From the NCBI GenBank assembly GCA_944358985.1, contig CALVSI010000005.1:418-64417 (forward strand): a DNA stretch of 64,000 bases. The letters are read 5' to 3'. The notes under the pieces are model-generated. The model did no database searches, was not told where the DNA came from, and was given only the letters and a program-made list of their open reading frames with translations. Source of the stretch: an uncultured Bacilli bacterium. GTDB lineage: Bacteria > Bacillota_I > Bacilli_A > RFN20 > CAG-826. This document shows positions 29,218 through 38,574 of the stretch, piece after piece. Position 1 is the first letter of the stretch. Every line of letters begins with the position of its first letter. The position numbers were made by a program, and so were the translations under genes.

Positions 29218-29931
29218 ATGATTAAAAATGTTTTATTTGATTTAGATGGAACCTTGCTCCCTATGGATCAAGATGAATTTATAAAAAGTTATTTTTCTCA
29301 TTTGGTAATGAAATTTGTTCCGCTTGGATATGATAAAGACAAACTCATAAAATCGGTGTTTAATGGAACAATGGCAATGGTGCAAAACGATGGAAAAATG
29401 TCAAACGAAGATGTTTTTTGGGCTACTGCTGCAGCAACATACTCTCCAGCAATATTAGATGATAAAGATAAATTTTTGACATTTTATACAAACGAGTTTC
29501 AAAATGTTAAAAATGTATGTGGGTACAATCCAAAAGCAAATGAAATAATATCTTTTCTTAAACAAAACAATATAAAAATCATTTTAGCAACAAATCCAGT
29601 GTTTCCAAAAATTGCAACAAAATCTAGAATCCGCTGGGCGGGTTTAAATGAAAATGATTTTATATTGTATACAACTTATGAAAATTCATATCACTGTAAA
29701 CCAAACATCAAGTACTATGAAGACATAGTTTCTTTATTAAACTTAAATCCTAATGAATGTGTAATGGTTGGAAATGATGTTGACGAAGACATGTGTGCTA
29801 AAAAACTTGGTATGGATACGTTTTTATTAACTGATTGTTTGATCAATAGACATAACGTTGATATCAATCAATTTAATCATGGTGATTTTGATGATTTAAA
29901 AAAATATTTAATTGAAAATATCAAAAAATAG
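29218..29931 (+). CDS. HAD-superfamily hydrolase
   Basis: 237 aa from ATG 29218; the track start at 29206 is a TTG. Motif I is FDLDGTL and motif IV is GNDVDED. Confidence 0.85.
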   Translation: MIKNVLFDLDGTLLPMDQDEFIKSYFSHLVMKFVPLGYDKDKLIKSVFNGTMAMVQNDGKMSNEDVFWATAAATYSPAILDDKDKFLTFYTNEFQNVKNVCGYNPKANEIISFLKQNNIKIILATNPVFPKIATKSRIRWAGLNENDFILYTTYENSYHCKPNIKYYEDIVSLLNLNPNECVMVGNDVDEDMCAKKLGMDTFLLTDCLINRHNVDINQFNHGDFDDLKKYLIENIKK

Positions 29932-29980
29932 ACATTTTAATAGATGATGTTTAATTTTTAAAAAACATTAAGTTTTTATA

Positions 29981-29996
29981 TTGACTAAGTTGTCAA
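29981..29996. promoter_or_regulatory. candidate TetR operator 1 (TTGACTAAGTTGTCAA), overlapping a -35 box
   Basis: Imperfect palindrome TTGAC-N6-GTCAA. TTGACT lies 17 nt upstream of TGaTAAAAA (30001..30009). Confidence 0.6.
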
Positions 29997-30016
29997 TTAA
30001 TGATAAAAATATTTCG

Positions 30017-30032
30017 CTGACTAAGTTGTCAA
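30017..30032. promoter_or_regulatory. candidate TetR operator 2 (CTGACTAAGTTGTCAA)
   Basis: 15 of 16 nt identical to operator 1 and 36 nt downstream of it. Lies between the putative -10 and the TetR ATG at 30042. Confidence 0.6.
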
Positions 30033-30041
30033 CGTATAAAT

Positions 30042-30644
30042 ATGCCGCGTTCAAAAGAAGATTTTAAAGAAGTTTCACAAAAAAGAGAAAGTACCATTCT
30101 TGAGACTAGTTTGAGATTGTTTGCATTGCAAGGATACTCCGCTGTTTCAATTGATGATATTACCAAGGCTAGCAAATGCTCGCATGGTCTTTTTTATCAT
30201 TATTTTTCTTCAAAACAAGACTTGTTTGATAAATTAATGAGCAAAGTTATAAAGCAATGGGAAAACGATTATAGTGTTATTGATTTTGAACAAAATCCTG
30301 TTTTTGCAATACGTGACGTTTCAAGATTTTTGATTTCTTATTTAAGTGGAAAAGATTCAAATGCATATATTTTATATATGTTTTTAACATTCCACTTACA
30401 AAAAAACATTCCGATTCCTAAAGAAAAAACAAAAAGCAAGAGGCAAGGACCTTTTGCTAAATTGTTTGAAATAGTAAAAAGAGGTCAGGAGCAGGATTTA
30501 TTTTTACAAGGCGAGCCATTAGATTACATAAGAGTATATCTAGCTTGCTTACAAGGATTATCATACACAAGAATACATCTAGGCATTAAAAAATTCAAAC
30601 CGTTAAATCCTGATATTCTTGCAAATATTTTTCTTAAAAAATAA
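30042..30644 (+). CDS. TetR/AcrR family transcriptional regulator
   Basis: 200 aa. N-terminal HTH (LFALQGYSAVSIDDITKASKCSHGLFYHYFSSKQDL). First gene of an operon with two ABC exporter genes. Confidence 0.9.
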   Translation: MPRSKEDFKEVSQKRESTILETSLRLFALQGYSAVSIDDITKASKCSHGLFYHYFSSKQDLFDKLMSKVIKQWENDYSVIDFEQNPVFAIRDVSRFLISYLSGKDSNAYILYMFLTFHLQKNIPIPKEKTKSKRQGPFAKLFEIVKRGQEQDLFLQGEPLDYIRVYLACLQGLSYTRIHLGIKKFKPLNPDILANIFLKK

Positions 30645-30658
30645 TAAAGGAGGTAAAT

Positions 30659-32491
30659 ATGTTTAAATTAGTCAAATATATCAAAAACATCTGGTGGGCA
30701 TTAGCTTTAAATACTTGTTTAATTGTTTGTCAAGCTTGGCTTCAATTAACTCTTCCTGACTTCATGTCTGATATTTTAAGAATTCTTCAAGATTTCAAAC
30801 TATCATCAGAACAAAGATTGATTGATATATGGACAAACGGCGGTATAATGCTTGGAATATGTTTTGGCATACTTTTATGTGCGGTGGCGATTGGTATTTT
30901 AAATTCGATTGTTGGTGCGATTTATGCAAGAAATATACGTGAAGCTATTTTTAAAAAAGTCATGTCTTTTTCCTTATTTGAATTTAATCAATTTGGAACA
31001 TCAACATTATTAACAAGAACAACAAACGATATTAATGTTTTAAAAGATACATTCACATCATTTTGTAGAACTGTTGTCTTTTCTCCAGTTATGTTAATTG
31101 TCGCGATTATTAAATCTGTAATGCTAGATTGGCAAATGTCATTGGTGTTTGTGGTTGCGCTTCCAATTTTAGCAGTTGCAATTATTATCACGTTTATAGT
31201 TGCTTCCCCACTATTTACTCAAATTCAAAATAGATTAGATAAAGTTACAGTTGTTTTAAGAGAAGGATTAACTGGTGTTAGAGTAGTTCGTGCATTTAAT
31301 CAACAAGAACAAGAATTTGCAAAATTTACAGATAGAAACCAAAAAATGACAAACACTATTATTAAGGTTAATAGAACACTTTCGTTTGTTAGCCCAGTAA
31401 TTAATATAGTTTTTAACTTTACCTATCTAGCGGTTTTCTTTGTTGGATTTGCCATGCTAGATGGAGTGCTTTTAACCAAGTCAAGTTTAGAAACATTTAC
31501 TAACGTTATTACCATTTCCAATTATTCTAGTAATATCATGATGTCATTTTTAATGCTTGGAATGATATTTATTCAACTACCAAGTGCAAACGCTTGTGCT
31601 AAACGTATTCAAGCTGTACTTGACACTAATCCATCCATCAAAGATCCTGAAAATCCGATTAATGTAAATGATATTCCTGAAGACAATAAATGCACTGTTG
31701 AATTTAAAAATGTAACTTTCACATTCCCTGATGCAACAGAACCAACTTTAAAAGATATAAATTTTGTTGTTAAGCCAGGTCAAACAACCGCGATTATTGG
31801 TTCAACAGGATCAGGTAAATCATCTATTATTAATTTAATACCTAGATTTTTTGATACAACAATTGGTGAAATATTAGTCGATGGTGTTAATGTTAAAAAA
31901 TATAGTCAAAAAGATTTAAGAGATAAAATTGGTTTTGTTCCTCAACAGGCTAGACTATTTACAGGAACAATTAAAGAAAATCTTCTTTTCGGCAATCCAA
32001 ACGCTACCGATGAAGAATTAAATTCTGCATTAGCGGTATCTCAAGCTTTGCATTTTGTTTCTAAAAAAGAAAATGGTATTGATTCTTTTGTCTCGCAAGG
32101 TGGTAAAAACTTTTCTGGCGGGCAAAAACAAAGATTATCAATCGCAAGAGCATTAATCAAAAAACCAGAAATATATATATTTGATGATAGTTTTTCTGCT
32201 CTTGATTTTAAAACAGATATCAAATTAAGAACCGCACTAAAAACATACGTCGGAAATTCTTCAGTAATTGTAGTGGCTCAAAGAGTTTCATCTATACTAG
32301 ATGCTGATAATATCATCGTTTTAAATGATGGAACTATTGCAGGACAAGGAACACATGATGAATTGTTGCTTAATTGCCCTGTTTATCAACAGATAGTTAT
32401 GTCTCAACTTGATAAAGACGAGATAGAAAAAACTTTAAAAATGAAACAACAAATTATTGATAGTAAAGATGACGAAGAGGAGGATGAATAA
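30659..32491 (+). CDS. ABC exporter permease/ATPase, chain with the degenerate ATP site
   Basis: 610 aa. Six-TM exporter domain plus an NBD: Walker A GSTGSGKS, signature FSGGQ, Walker B IYIFDDS (Asp replaces the catalytic Glu), H-loop VVAQR (Gln replaces His). Confidence 0.9.
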   Translation: MFKLVKYIKNIWWALALNTCLIVCQAWLQLTLPDFMSDILRILQDFKLSSEQRLIDIWTNGGIMLGICFGILLCAVAIGILNSIVGAIYARNIREAIFKKVMSFSLFEFNQFGTSTLLTRTTNDINVLKDTFTSFCRTVVFSPVMLIVAIIKSVMLDWQMSLVFVVALPILAVAIIITFIVASPLFTQIQNRLDKVTVVLREGLTGVRVVRAFNQQEQEFAKFTDRNQKMTNTIIKVNRTLSFVSPVINIVFNFTYLAVFFVGFAMLDGVLLTKSSLETFTNVITISNYSSNIMMSFLMLGMIFIQLPSANACAKRIQAVLDTNPSIKDPENPINVNDIPEDNKCTVEFKNVTFTFPDATEPTLKDINFVVKPGQTTAIIGSTGSGKSSIINLIPRFFDTTIGEILVDGVNVKKYSQKDLRDKIGFVPQQARLFTGTIKENLLFGNPNATDEELNSALAVSQALHFVSKKENGIDSFVSQGGKNFSGGQKQRLSIARALIKKPEIYIFDDSFSALDFKTDIKLRTALKTYVGNSSVIVVAQRVSSILDADNIIVLNDGTIAGQGTHDELLLNCPVYQQIVMSQLDKDEIEKTLKMKQQIIDSKDDEEEDE

Positions 32492-32493
32492 TT

Positions 32494-34380
32494 ATGCCAC
32501 CAAGAAATAAACCTCATAATTCAGGCTATTCCTATAAAGTTAAAAATTTTAAAGGTACTGGAAAACGTTTATTAAAACAATTTAAACCTCTTTTGCCTGC
32601 TTTTATATTTGTCGCTATCATTCTTGTTTGTTCTTCAGTATTAAACGCACTTTCTCCGATGTTTTTAAGAGACATAATAAATGGGATTTCTAGTGATGTA
32701 TCGCACGCATTGCAACAAGGAGAAAAAGGAACATACATTGATATTATTAATCAAGTAATTTCTATGCAGTGGGGACAATTATGGCGATCCTTTGGAGTAA
32801 TAATGGCTTTTTATGCTACTAGTGCTCTTATTTCATGGCTTGCAGAATGGATAGTGGCCAAAATAAGCGCTGACTACGCCTTTAATTTACGACAACAAAT
32901 TAAAGAAAAATTAGATAAATTGCCATTATCGTTTTTTGATAAACACACAGTGGGCGAATTATTATCAAGAGGCACCAACGATGTCGACACCATATCGAGA
33001 TCCCTTTCAATGATTATCAATCAAACAATATCTGGTGTAGCACTATCTATCGCTGTTGTGGTAATAATGTTTGTTGTTAGTTGGCAATTATCATTAGTGG
33101 TACTTTGCACACTCCCACTTAGCTTAACTATAACAATATTGATTGCTAAACATTCACAAAAACAATTTGTCGCATATCAAAATAGATTAGGAGCAGTAGA
33201 AAGTCACGCCGAAGAACAATATGCAGGATTTACTGTTATTAAACTATTTAACAAAGAAAAAGATTCATTGGAAACATTTAATAAATTATCTGATCAAATG
33301 AAAAACGCTGATTGGAAATCTAGATGGTTGGCGTTTTTAATTTTCCCAATGATAAGATTTGTGAACAATCTTGGTTATGTTGCCGTTTGTGTAGTGGGTG
33401 CCGCAACTCAAAGCGCACAGCAAATCGGTAATATCGCTGCTTTCTTTATTTATTTAAATTTATTCCAACAACCATTCCAACAAATAGGCGAAATTGCTTC
33501 AACCATACAATCAGTTGTTGCTTCAGCGGAAAGAATCTTTGAAGTTTTGGATGAAAAAGAAGAACCAAAAGAAGATACAAATTGTATAGACAGCGAAGAT
33601 AACATTGTTGGAAATATTAATATTGAACATGTTGATTTCTCTTACGATCCAAACAAACAATTAATTTCAAATATGAATTTAAAAGTTAATCAGGGCGATT
33701 CGATTGCCATTGTCGGACCAACAGGTGCAGGAAAAACCACCATTGTTAACTTATTAATGCGTTTTTATGATGTAAATGCTGGACGCATTATGCTAGATGG
33801 ATATGATATTCGTCATTATTCAAGAAAAGCATTAAGGGGTGCTGTTGGTATGGTTTTACAAGACACATGGCTATTTGAAGGTACCATAAAAGAAAACATA
33901 CGTTATGGAAGGAGCGATGCGACTGATGAAGAAATTATTCAAGCTGCAAAAGCCGCACATGCTCATCATTTTATTAAAACTCTTCCAAATAATTATGACT
34001 TTGTTTTAAATGAAGATGGAACAAACATTTCGCAAGGACAAAGACAATTAATAACAATAGCTAGAGCAATAGTTAGTCAACCAAAAATACTAATTTTAGA
34101 TGAGGCAACTTCTAGCGTTGATACAAGAACAGAAATGCAAATTCAAGATGCGATGGATAAATTAATGGAAAATAAAACATCGTTTATTATTGCACATAGA
34201 TTATCAACAATTAAAAACGCCAAAATGATTATTGTTATGAATAAAGGCTCGATTATTGAAAGTGGAAATCACGAAGAACTACTTAAAAAAGGAGGGTTCT
34301 ACGCTGATTTATATAACGCTCAATTCTCTGGTAATAATCCAATGGCAAAAGAGGAAATTATAGAACAAACAAATAGTTAA
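32494..34380 (+). CDS. ABC exporter permease/ATPase, chain with the consensus catalytic site
   Basis: 628 aa. Walker A GPTGAGKT, Walker B ILILDEATS (canonical Glu), H-loop IIAHR, but a degenerate signature ISQGQ. Confidence 0.9.
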   Translation: MPPRNKPHNSGYSYKVKNFKGTGKRLLKQFKPLLPAFIFVAIILVCSSVLNALSPMFLRDIINGISSDVSHALQQGEKGTYIDIINQVISMQWGQLWRSFGVIMAFYATSALISWLAEWIVAKISADYAFNLRQQIKEKLDKLPLSFFDKHTVGELLSRGTNDVDTISRSLSMIINQTISGVALSIAVVVIMFVVSWQLSLVVLCTLPLSLTITILIAKHSQKQFVAYQNRLGAVESHAEEQYAGFTVIKLFNKEKDSLETFNKLSDQMKNADWKSRWLAFLIFPMIRFVNNLGYVAVCVVGAATQSAQQIGNIAAFFIYLNLFQQPFQQIGEIASTIQSVVASAERIFEVLDEKEEPKEDTNCIDSEDNIVGNINIEHVDFSYDPNKQLISNMNLKVNQGDSIAIVGPTGAGKTTIVNLLMRFYDVNAGRIMLDGYDIRHYSRKALRGAVGMVLQDTWLFEGTIKENIRYGRSDATDEEIIQAAKAAHAHHFIKTLPNNYDFVLNEDGTNISQGQRQLITIARAIVSQPKILILDEATSSVDTRTEMQIQDAMDKLMENKTSFIIAHRLSTIKNAKMIIVMNKGSIIESGNHEELLKKGGFYADLYNAQFSGNNPMAKEEIIEQTNS

Positions 34381-34585
34381 TTTGCTAAATTATCCGTAAT
34401 TTGCATAGTTTTTTTTAAAAATTACACAAAAATAGCGTCTTATTTAAAGATAGCTATTTTTTTATTGTTAAAAAATATTTTTTAATATTTTTATCTATTT
34501 ATAGCACGATTTTATTATCTATGATAATATATCTAACGTAAGTTCTGACGTATCAAACGTTAGAAAAGTACTAAGGAGGTACTAT

Positions 34586-37216
34586 ATGTCAAAAAAATAT
34601 GTTTACCCCTTCAAAGAAGCTCACGGATTAGGAAAAGAACTTCTTGGAGGTAAGGGTGCTGGCTTAGCAGAAATGACATCCATCGGTGTTCCAATTCCAC
34701 CTGGATTCACTGTCACAACTGAAGCTTGTACATTGTATTATCAAAATCACAAAGAGTTGCCAGATTATCTAGTAAAAGAAATCGACAACGCAATTAAAGG
34801 CATTGAAAAAGACACCGGCAAAACTTTTGGTGGCGAACACAACCCATTATTAGTTTCTGTTAGAAGTGGTGCTAGAGTTTCTATGCCTGGTATGATGGAC
34901 ACCATTTTAAACTTAGGTCTAAACGATAAAACCTGTAGTGCTCTTGCAAGAGAAACAAATAACGAAAGATTTGCTTATGACTGCTATCGTCGTTTCATTT
35001 TAATGTTTACAAACATTGCAAAAGGCCATCCACGTACTGACATGGATAAAATGTTAGATGATCTAAAAGAAACACGCGGTTATAAACTCGATACAGAAGT
35101 TACCGCAGAAGAATTAAAAGAATTGGTAGCTAAATATAAAGAATATTACAAAAAAACATTCAACGAAGAATTCCCAAGCGACCCATATGTTCAATTAATT
35201 GAAGCGGTTACCGCTGTTTTCCGTTCTTGGGACAACCCACGCGCAAACACATATCGTAAAATGAACAACATTCCTTACGAATGGGGAACTGCTGTTAACG
35301 TTCAATCAATGGCATTTGGTAATAAAGGTGAAACATCAGGTACTGGTGTTGCGTTCTCTCGTTCTCCTTCAACAGGTGAAAAGAAAATTTTTGCTGAATA
35401 TTTACCAAACGCTCAAGGCGAAGACGTTGTTGCAGGTATTCGTACACCACTTCACATTGAAGAATTAAAAGCTAGAATGCCTGAAGTATATGAACAATTT
35501 GTAAATACTATCAAAAACATGGAACAACATTACAAAGACATGCAAGATATGGAATTTACAGTTGAAGAAGGAAAATTATATTTCTTACAAACAAGAAACG
35601 GTAAAAGAACCGCTGCTGCTGCATTAAAAATTGCATGTGATTTGGTGGACGAAGGTTTAATTGATGAAAAAACCGCTGTATGCCGTGTTGAACCACAAGC
35701 ATTAGATAGTTTATTGCACCAAAGTTTTGATGCAACCGCTTTAAAAACCGCAACTCCAATTGGCGTAGGTTTACCAGCTAGCCCAGGTGCCGCAACAGGA
35801 AAAATCGCCTTCTCTGCCGAAGAAGCAAAAGAAAGAAGAGAAAATGGCGAAAAGGTTGTCTTAGTCCGTGCAGAAACATCACCAGAAGATATTGATGGTA
35901 TGGTTTCTAGCGAAGGCATTTTAACTATGAGAGGTGGTATGACTTCTCACGCTGCAGTCGTTGCTCGTGGTATGGGTAAATGCTGTGTTGCTGGATGTTC
36001 AAGTGCTGTTATTGATGAAGAAAAACGCACCTTAACATTAGGTGGCGTTACATATACATCTGATGATGTTATTTCTTTAGATGGATCTACTGGTAATGTA
36101 TATGCTGGTGACATCAAAAAAGTTGATCCAGAAATGGGTGGTTATTTCAAGCGCATTATGGATTGGGCGGACAAATATCGTCGTTTACATGTTCGTGCTA
36201 ACGCTGATACTCCACGTGATGCCGAAACAGCAGCAAGATTTGGTGCCGAAGGTATCGGATTATGCCGTACCGAACACATGTTCTTTGCTCCTGAAAGAAT
36301 TTTCCATATGAGAAAAATGATTCTTTCTGAAACTGTTGAAGATCGTGAAAAAGCTCTCGCTGAATTACTTCCATATCAAAGAGATGACTTCTATCACTTA
36401 TATATGTCTATGAAAGGTATGAATGTTAATGTTCGTTTGCTCGACCCACCACTACACGAATTCTTACCTCAAGAAGAAGATAAAATTGAAGAATTAGCAA
36501 AAGCAATGAACATGACAGTTCAACATGTCAAAGAAAGAATTTCTTATTTGCATGAATTTAACCCAATGATGGGACATCGTGGATGCCGTTTAGACGTTTC
36601 TTATCCTGAAATCGGACGTATGCAAGCTCGTGCTATTGCTGAAGCCGCTATTAAAGCCCAAAAAGATTTAGGTAAAAAATTAACCGCTGAAATTATGATT
36701 CCATTAACATTAGATGTTAAAGAATTCCGTTATGTTAAAGAAGTCTTAGTGGAAGAAGTTGAAAAAGTAATCAAAGAAAACAATGCCGAATTAAATTATC
36801 ATGTTGGTACAATGATTGAAATTCCAAGAGCAGCCTTGCTTTCTAAAGAAATTGCTCCTGAAGCTAAATTCTACTCATTTGGCACAAACGATTTAACACA
36901 AATGACATTTGGATTCTCTCGTGATGATGCTGGAAAATTCTTACCAGATTATTACTCTAAAAAGATTTTAGAACAAGATCCATTTGCTCATGTTGACACC
37001 AAAGGTGTTGGCCGCTTAATCAAAATTGCTGTTGATGAAGGTCGTGCTGCAAACAAAGATTTACATGTCGGTGTTTGTGGTGAACATGGTGGAGATCCAG
37101 TATCTATCCAATTCTTTGATACAGTTGGTTTAGATTATGTTTCTTGTTCACCATATCGTGTTCCAATCGCAAGATTAGCCGCTGCACAAGCTGCAATTAC
37201 TAATGCTAAAAAATAG
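34586..37216 (+). CDS. ppdK: pyruvate, phosphate dikinase
   Basis: 876 aa. ATP-grasp N-terminal domain, phospho-His domain GGMTSHAAVVARGMG, C-terminal PEP-utilising TIM barrel (GLCRTEHMF, FSFGTNDLTQ). Strong SD AAGGAGGT. Confidence 0.97.
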   Translation: MSKKYVYPFKEAHGLGKELLGGKGAGLAEMTSIGVPIPPGFTVTTEACTLYYQNHKELPDYLVKEIDNAIKGIEKDTGKTFGGEHNPLLVSVRSGARVSMPGMMDTILNLGLNDKTCSALARETNNERFAYDCYRRFILMFTNIAKGHPRTDMDKMLDDLKETRGYKLDTEVTAEELKELVAKYKEYYKKTFNEEFPSDPYVQLIEAVTAVFRSWDNPRANTYRKMNNIPYEWGTAVNVQSMAFGNKGETSGTGVAFSRSPSTGEKKIFAEYLPNAQGEDVVAGIRTPLHIEELKARMPEVYEQFVNTIKNMEQHYKDMQDMEFTVEEGKLYFLQTRNGKRTAAAALKIACDLVDEGLIDEKTAVCRVEPQALDSLLHQSFDATALKTATPIGVGLPASPGAATGKIAFSAEEAKERRENGEKVVLVRAETSPEDIDGMVSSEGILTMRGGMTSHAAVVARGMGKCCVAGCSSAVIDEEKRTLTLGGVTYTSDDVISLDGSTGNVYAGDIKKVDPEMGGYFKRIMDWADKYRRLHVRANADTPRDAETAARFGAEGIGLCRTEHMFFAPERIFHMRKMILSETVEDREKALAELLPYQRDDFYHLYMSMKGMNVNVRLLDPPLHEFLPQEEDKIEELAKAMNMTVQHVKERISYLHEFNPMMGHRGCRLDVSYPEIGRMQARAIAEAAIKAQKDLGKKLTAEIMIPLTLDVKEFRYVKEVLVEEVEKVIKENNAELNYHVGTMIEIPRAALLSKEIAPEAKFYSFGTNDLTQMTFGFSRDDAGKFLPDYYSKKILEQDPFAHVDTKGVGRLIKIAVDEGRAANKDLHVGVCGEHGGDPVSIQFFDTVGLDYVSCSPYRVPIARLAAAQAAITNAKK

Positions 37217-37233
37217 TAATTACAATATTTAAT

Positions 37234-37263
37234 AAAAAGAGCATCACACGATGCTCTTTTTTA
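37234..37263. terminator. bidirectional rho-independent terminator between convergent ppdK and serS
   Basis: AAAAAGAGCATC-ACAC-GATGCTCTTTTTT. GC-containing stem flanked by an A run and a T run. Confidence 0.85.
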
Positions 37264-37290
37264 TTATTAATAGTTTTTTAATGTATTTTA

Positions 37291-38574
37291 TTATTTTTTG
37301 ATGATTGGTTCTAATACCTTAATACCACCCATAAATGGTTGTAAAACTTCAGGAATCTTAACAGAACCGTCTGGTTGTTGTAACTGTTCTAATAACGCTG
37401 GAAAAACTCTTGAAGTAGCCAAGCCTGAACCATTCAATGTATTTACAAATTTAGTTTTTCCATTTTCATCTTTATAACGAATTTTTCCGCGTCTAGCTTG
37501 GTAGTCTCTAGCATTACTAACCGAAGATACTTCTTTATAAATCCCAATTGATGGAATCCAAATTTCAATATCGTATGTTCTAGCCATGGAATGAGAAATA
37601 TCTCCTGCGGCTAATTTGCTAACACGATAATGCAAACCTAGTTTTTGCAATAAGGTTTCGGCTTTTTTTACCATTTCATCAAAAGCGATATCGCTAGTTT
37701 CAGGAGTGGTGTATTGGACCATTTCTACTTTATTAAACTGATATCCACGAATAGTGCCTCTTTCTTCGCTTCTATATGAACCGGCTTCTTTTCTATAACA
37801 CGGAGTATAAGCAAAATATTTTTTCGGTAAATCTTCTAATTTTAATATTTCTTTTCGATGTAAATTTACTAATGCTGTCTCAGCGGTAGGTAATAAAAAC
37901 CTTTTTGGCTCGGTATCTTCTAACCAAAACACATCACTTTTAAATTTTGGGAATTGTCCAGCAACAAAACCGGATGTTTCATTAAGCAAATGAGGTGGGA
38001 GAATAAAAGTATAACCATCTTTTAAATGTTCGCTAATAAAAAAGTTTATTAAAGCCCATTCTAACAACGCTCCTTTATCGGTATAAACCCAACTTCCACG
38101 ACCTGCAATTTTTGCTCCTCTTTCAAAATCAATCAATCCTAGTGATTCGCAAAGTTCAACATGATCTTTGGGCTTAAAATCAAAATTTGGTTTTTCTAAA
38201 TGATATTTAATTGGTTCGTTATTTTCTTTTCCACCACCAAGCAAATCATCATCTGGTATGTTTGGTAAAGCACTAACAAAATCAAATATTTTTTGTTCAA
38301 TTTCTTTTAATTTATCCTCAAATTGCACGTTTTCTAAACTAAGTTGCTTAACTTTTGCAAAAATTTCCTCAATATTTCCACCTTGTTTTTTGACAAATGG
38401 AACGGATTTAGATAATTGATTTTGTTCTGCTTTGTTAGTTTCTGTTTTTACTAACAATATTTTTCTTTCTTCATCCCATTTTAAAAATTCGCTAAAATCA
38501 ACGTCGTATAATTTTCTTTTTAGAGCGTCTTGAATTTTTTTTGGATCTTTCCTAATTAAATTTACATCAATCAT
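37291..38574 (-). CDS. serS: serine--tRNA ligase
   Basis: 427 aa. N-terminal coiled-coil arm (MIDVNLIRKDP...) and class II core motifs (FRxE-like YRKEAGS, GSGLATSR). Confidence 0.96.
   Translation of the reverse strand: MIDVNLIRKDPKKIQDALKRKLYDVDFSEFLKWDEERKILLVKTETNKAEQNQLSKSVPFVKKQGGNIEEIFAKVKQLSLENVQFEDKLKEIEQKIFDFVSALPNIPDDDLLGGGKENNEPIKYHLEKPNFDFKPKDHVELCESLGLIDFERGAKIAGRGSWVYTDKGALLEWALINFFISEHLKDGYTFILPPHLLNETSGFVAGQFPKFKSDVFWLEDTEPKRFLLPTAETALVNLHRKEILKLEDLPKKYFAYTPCYRKEAGSYRSEERGTIRGYQFNKVEMVQYTTPETSDIAFDEMVKKAETLLQKLGLHYRVSKLAAGDISHSMARTYDIEIWIPSIGIYKEVSSVSNARDYQARRGKIRYKDENGKTKFVNTLNGSGLATSRVFPALLEQLQQPDGSVKIPEVLQPFMGGIKVLEPIIKK

Noticed and set aside
34425-34455. AAATAGC...GCTATTTTTTT after the second ABC gene, considered as a terminator.
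   Set aside because: The stem is only 7 bp with a loop of about 16 nt. It is too weak to call with confidence and is left unannotated.
35530-35919. 129-aa and 67-aa minus-strand ORFs inside ppdK.
   Set aside because: These are antisense shadow ORFs explained by the strong codon bias and higher GC of ppdK. They have no start signals and no recognisable motifs.
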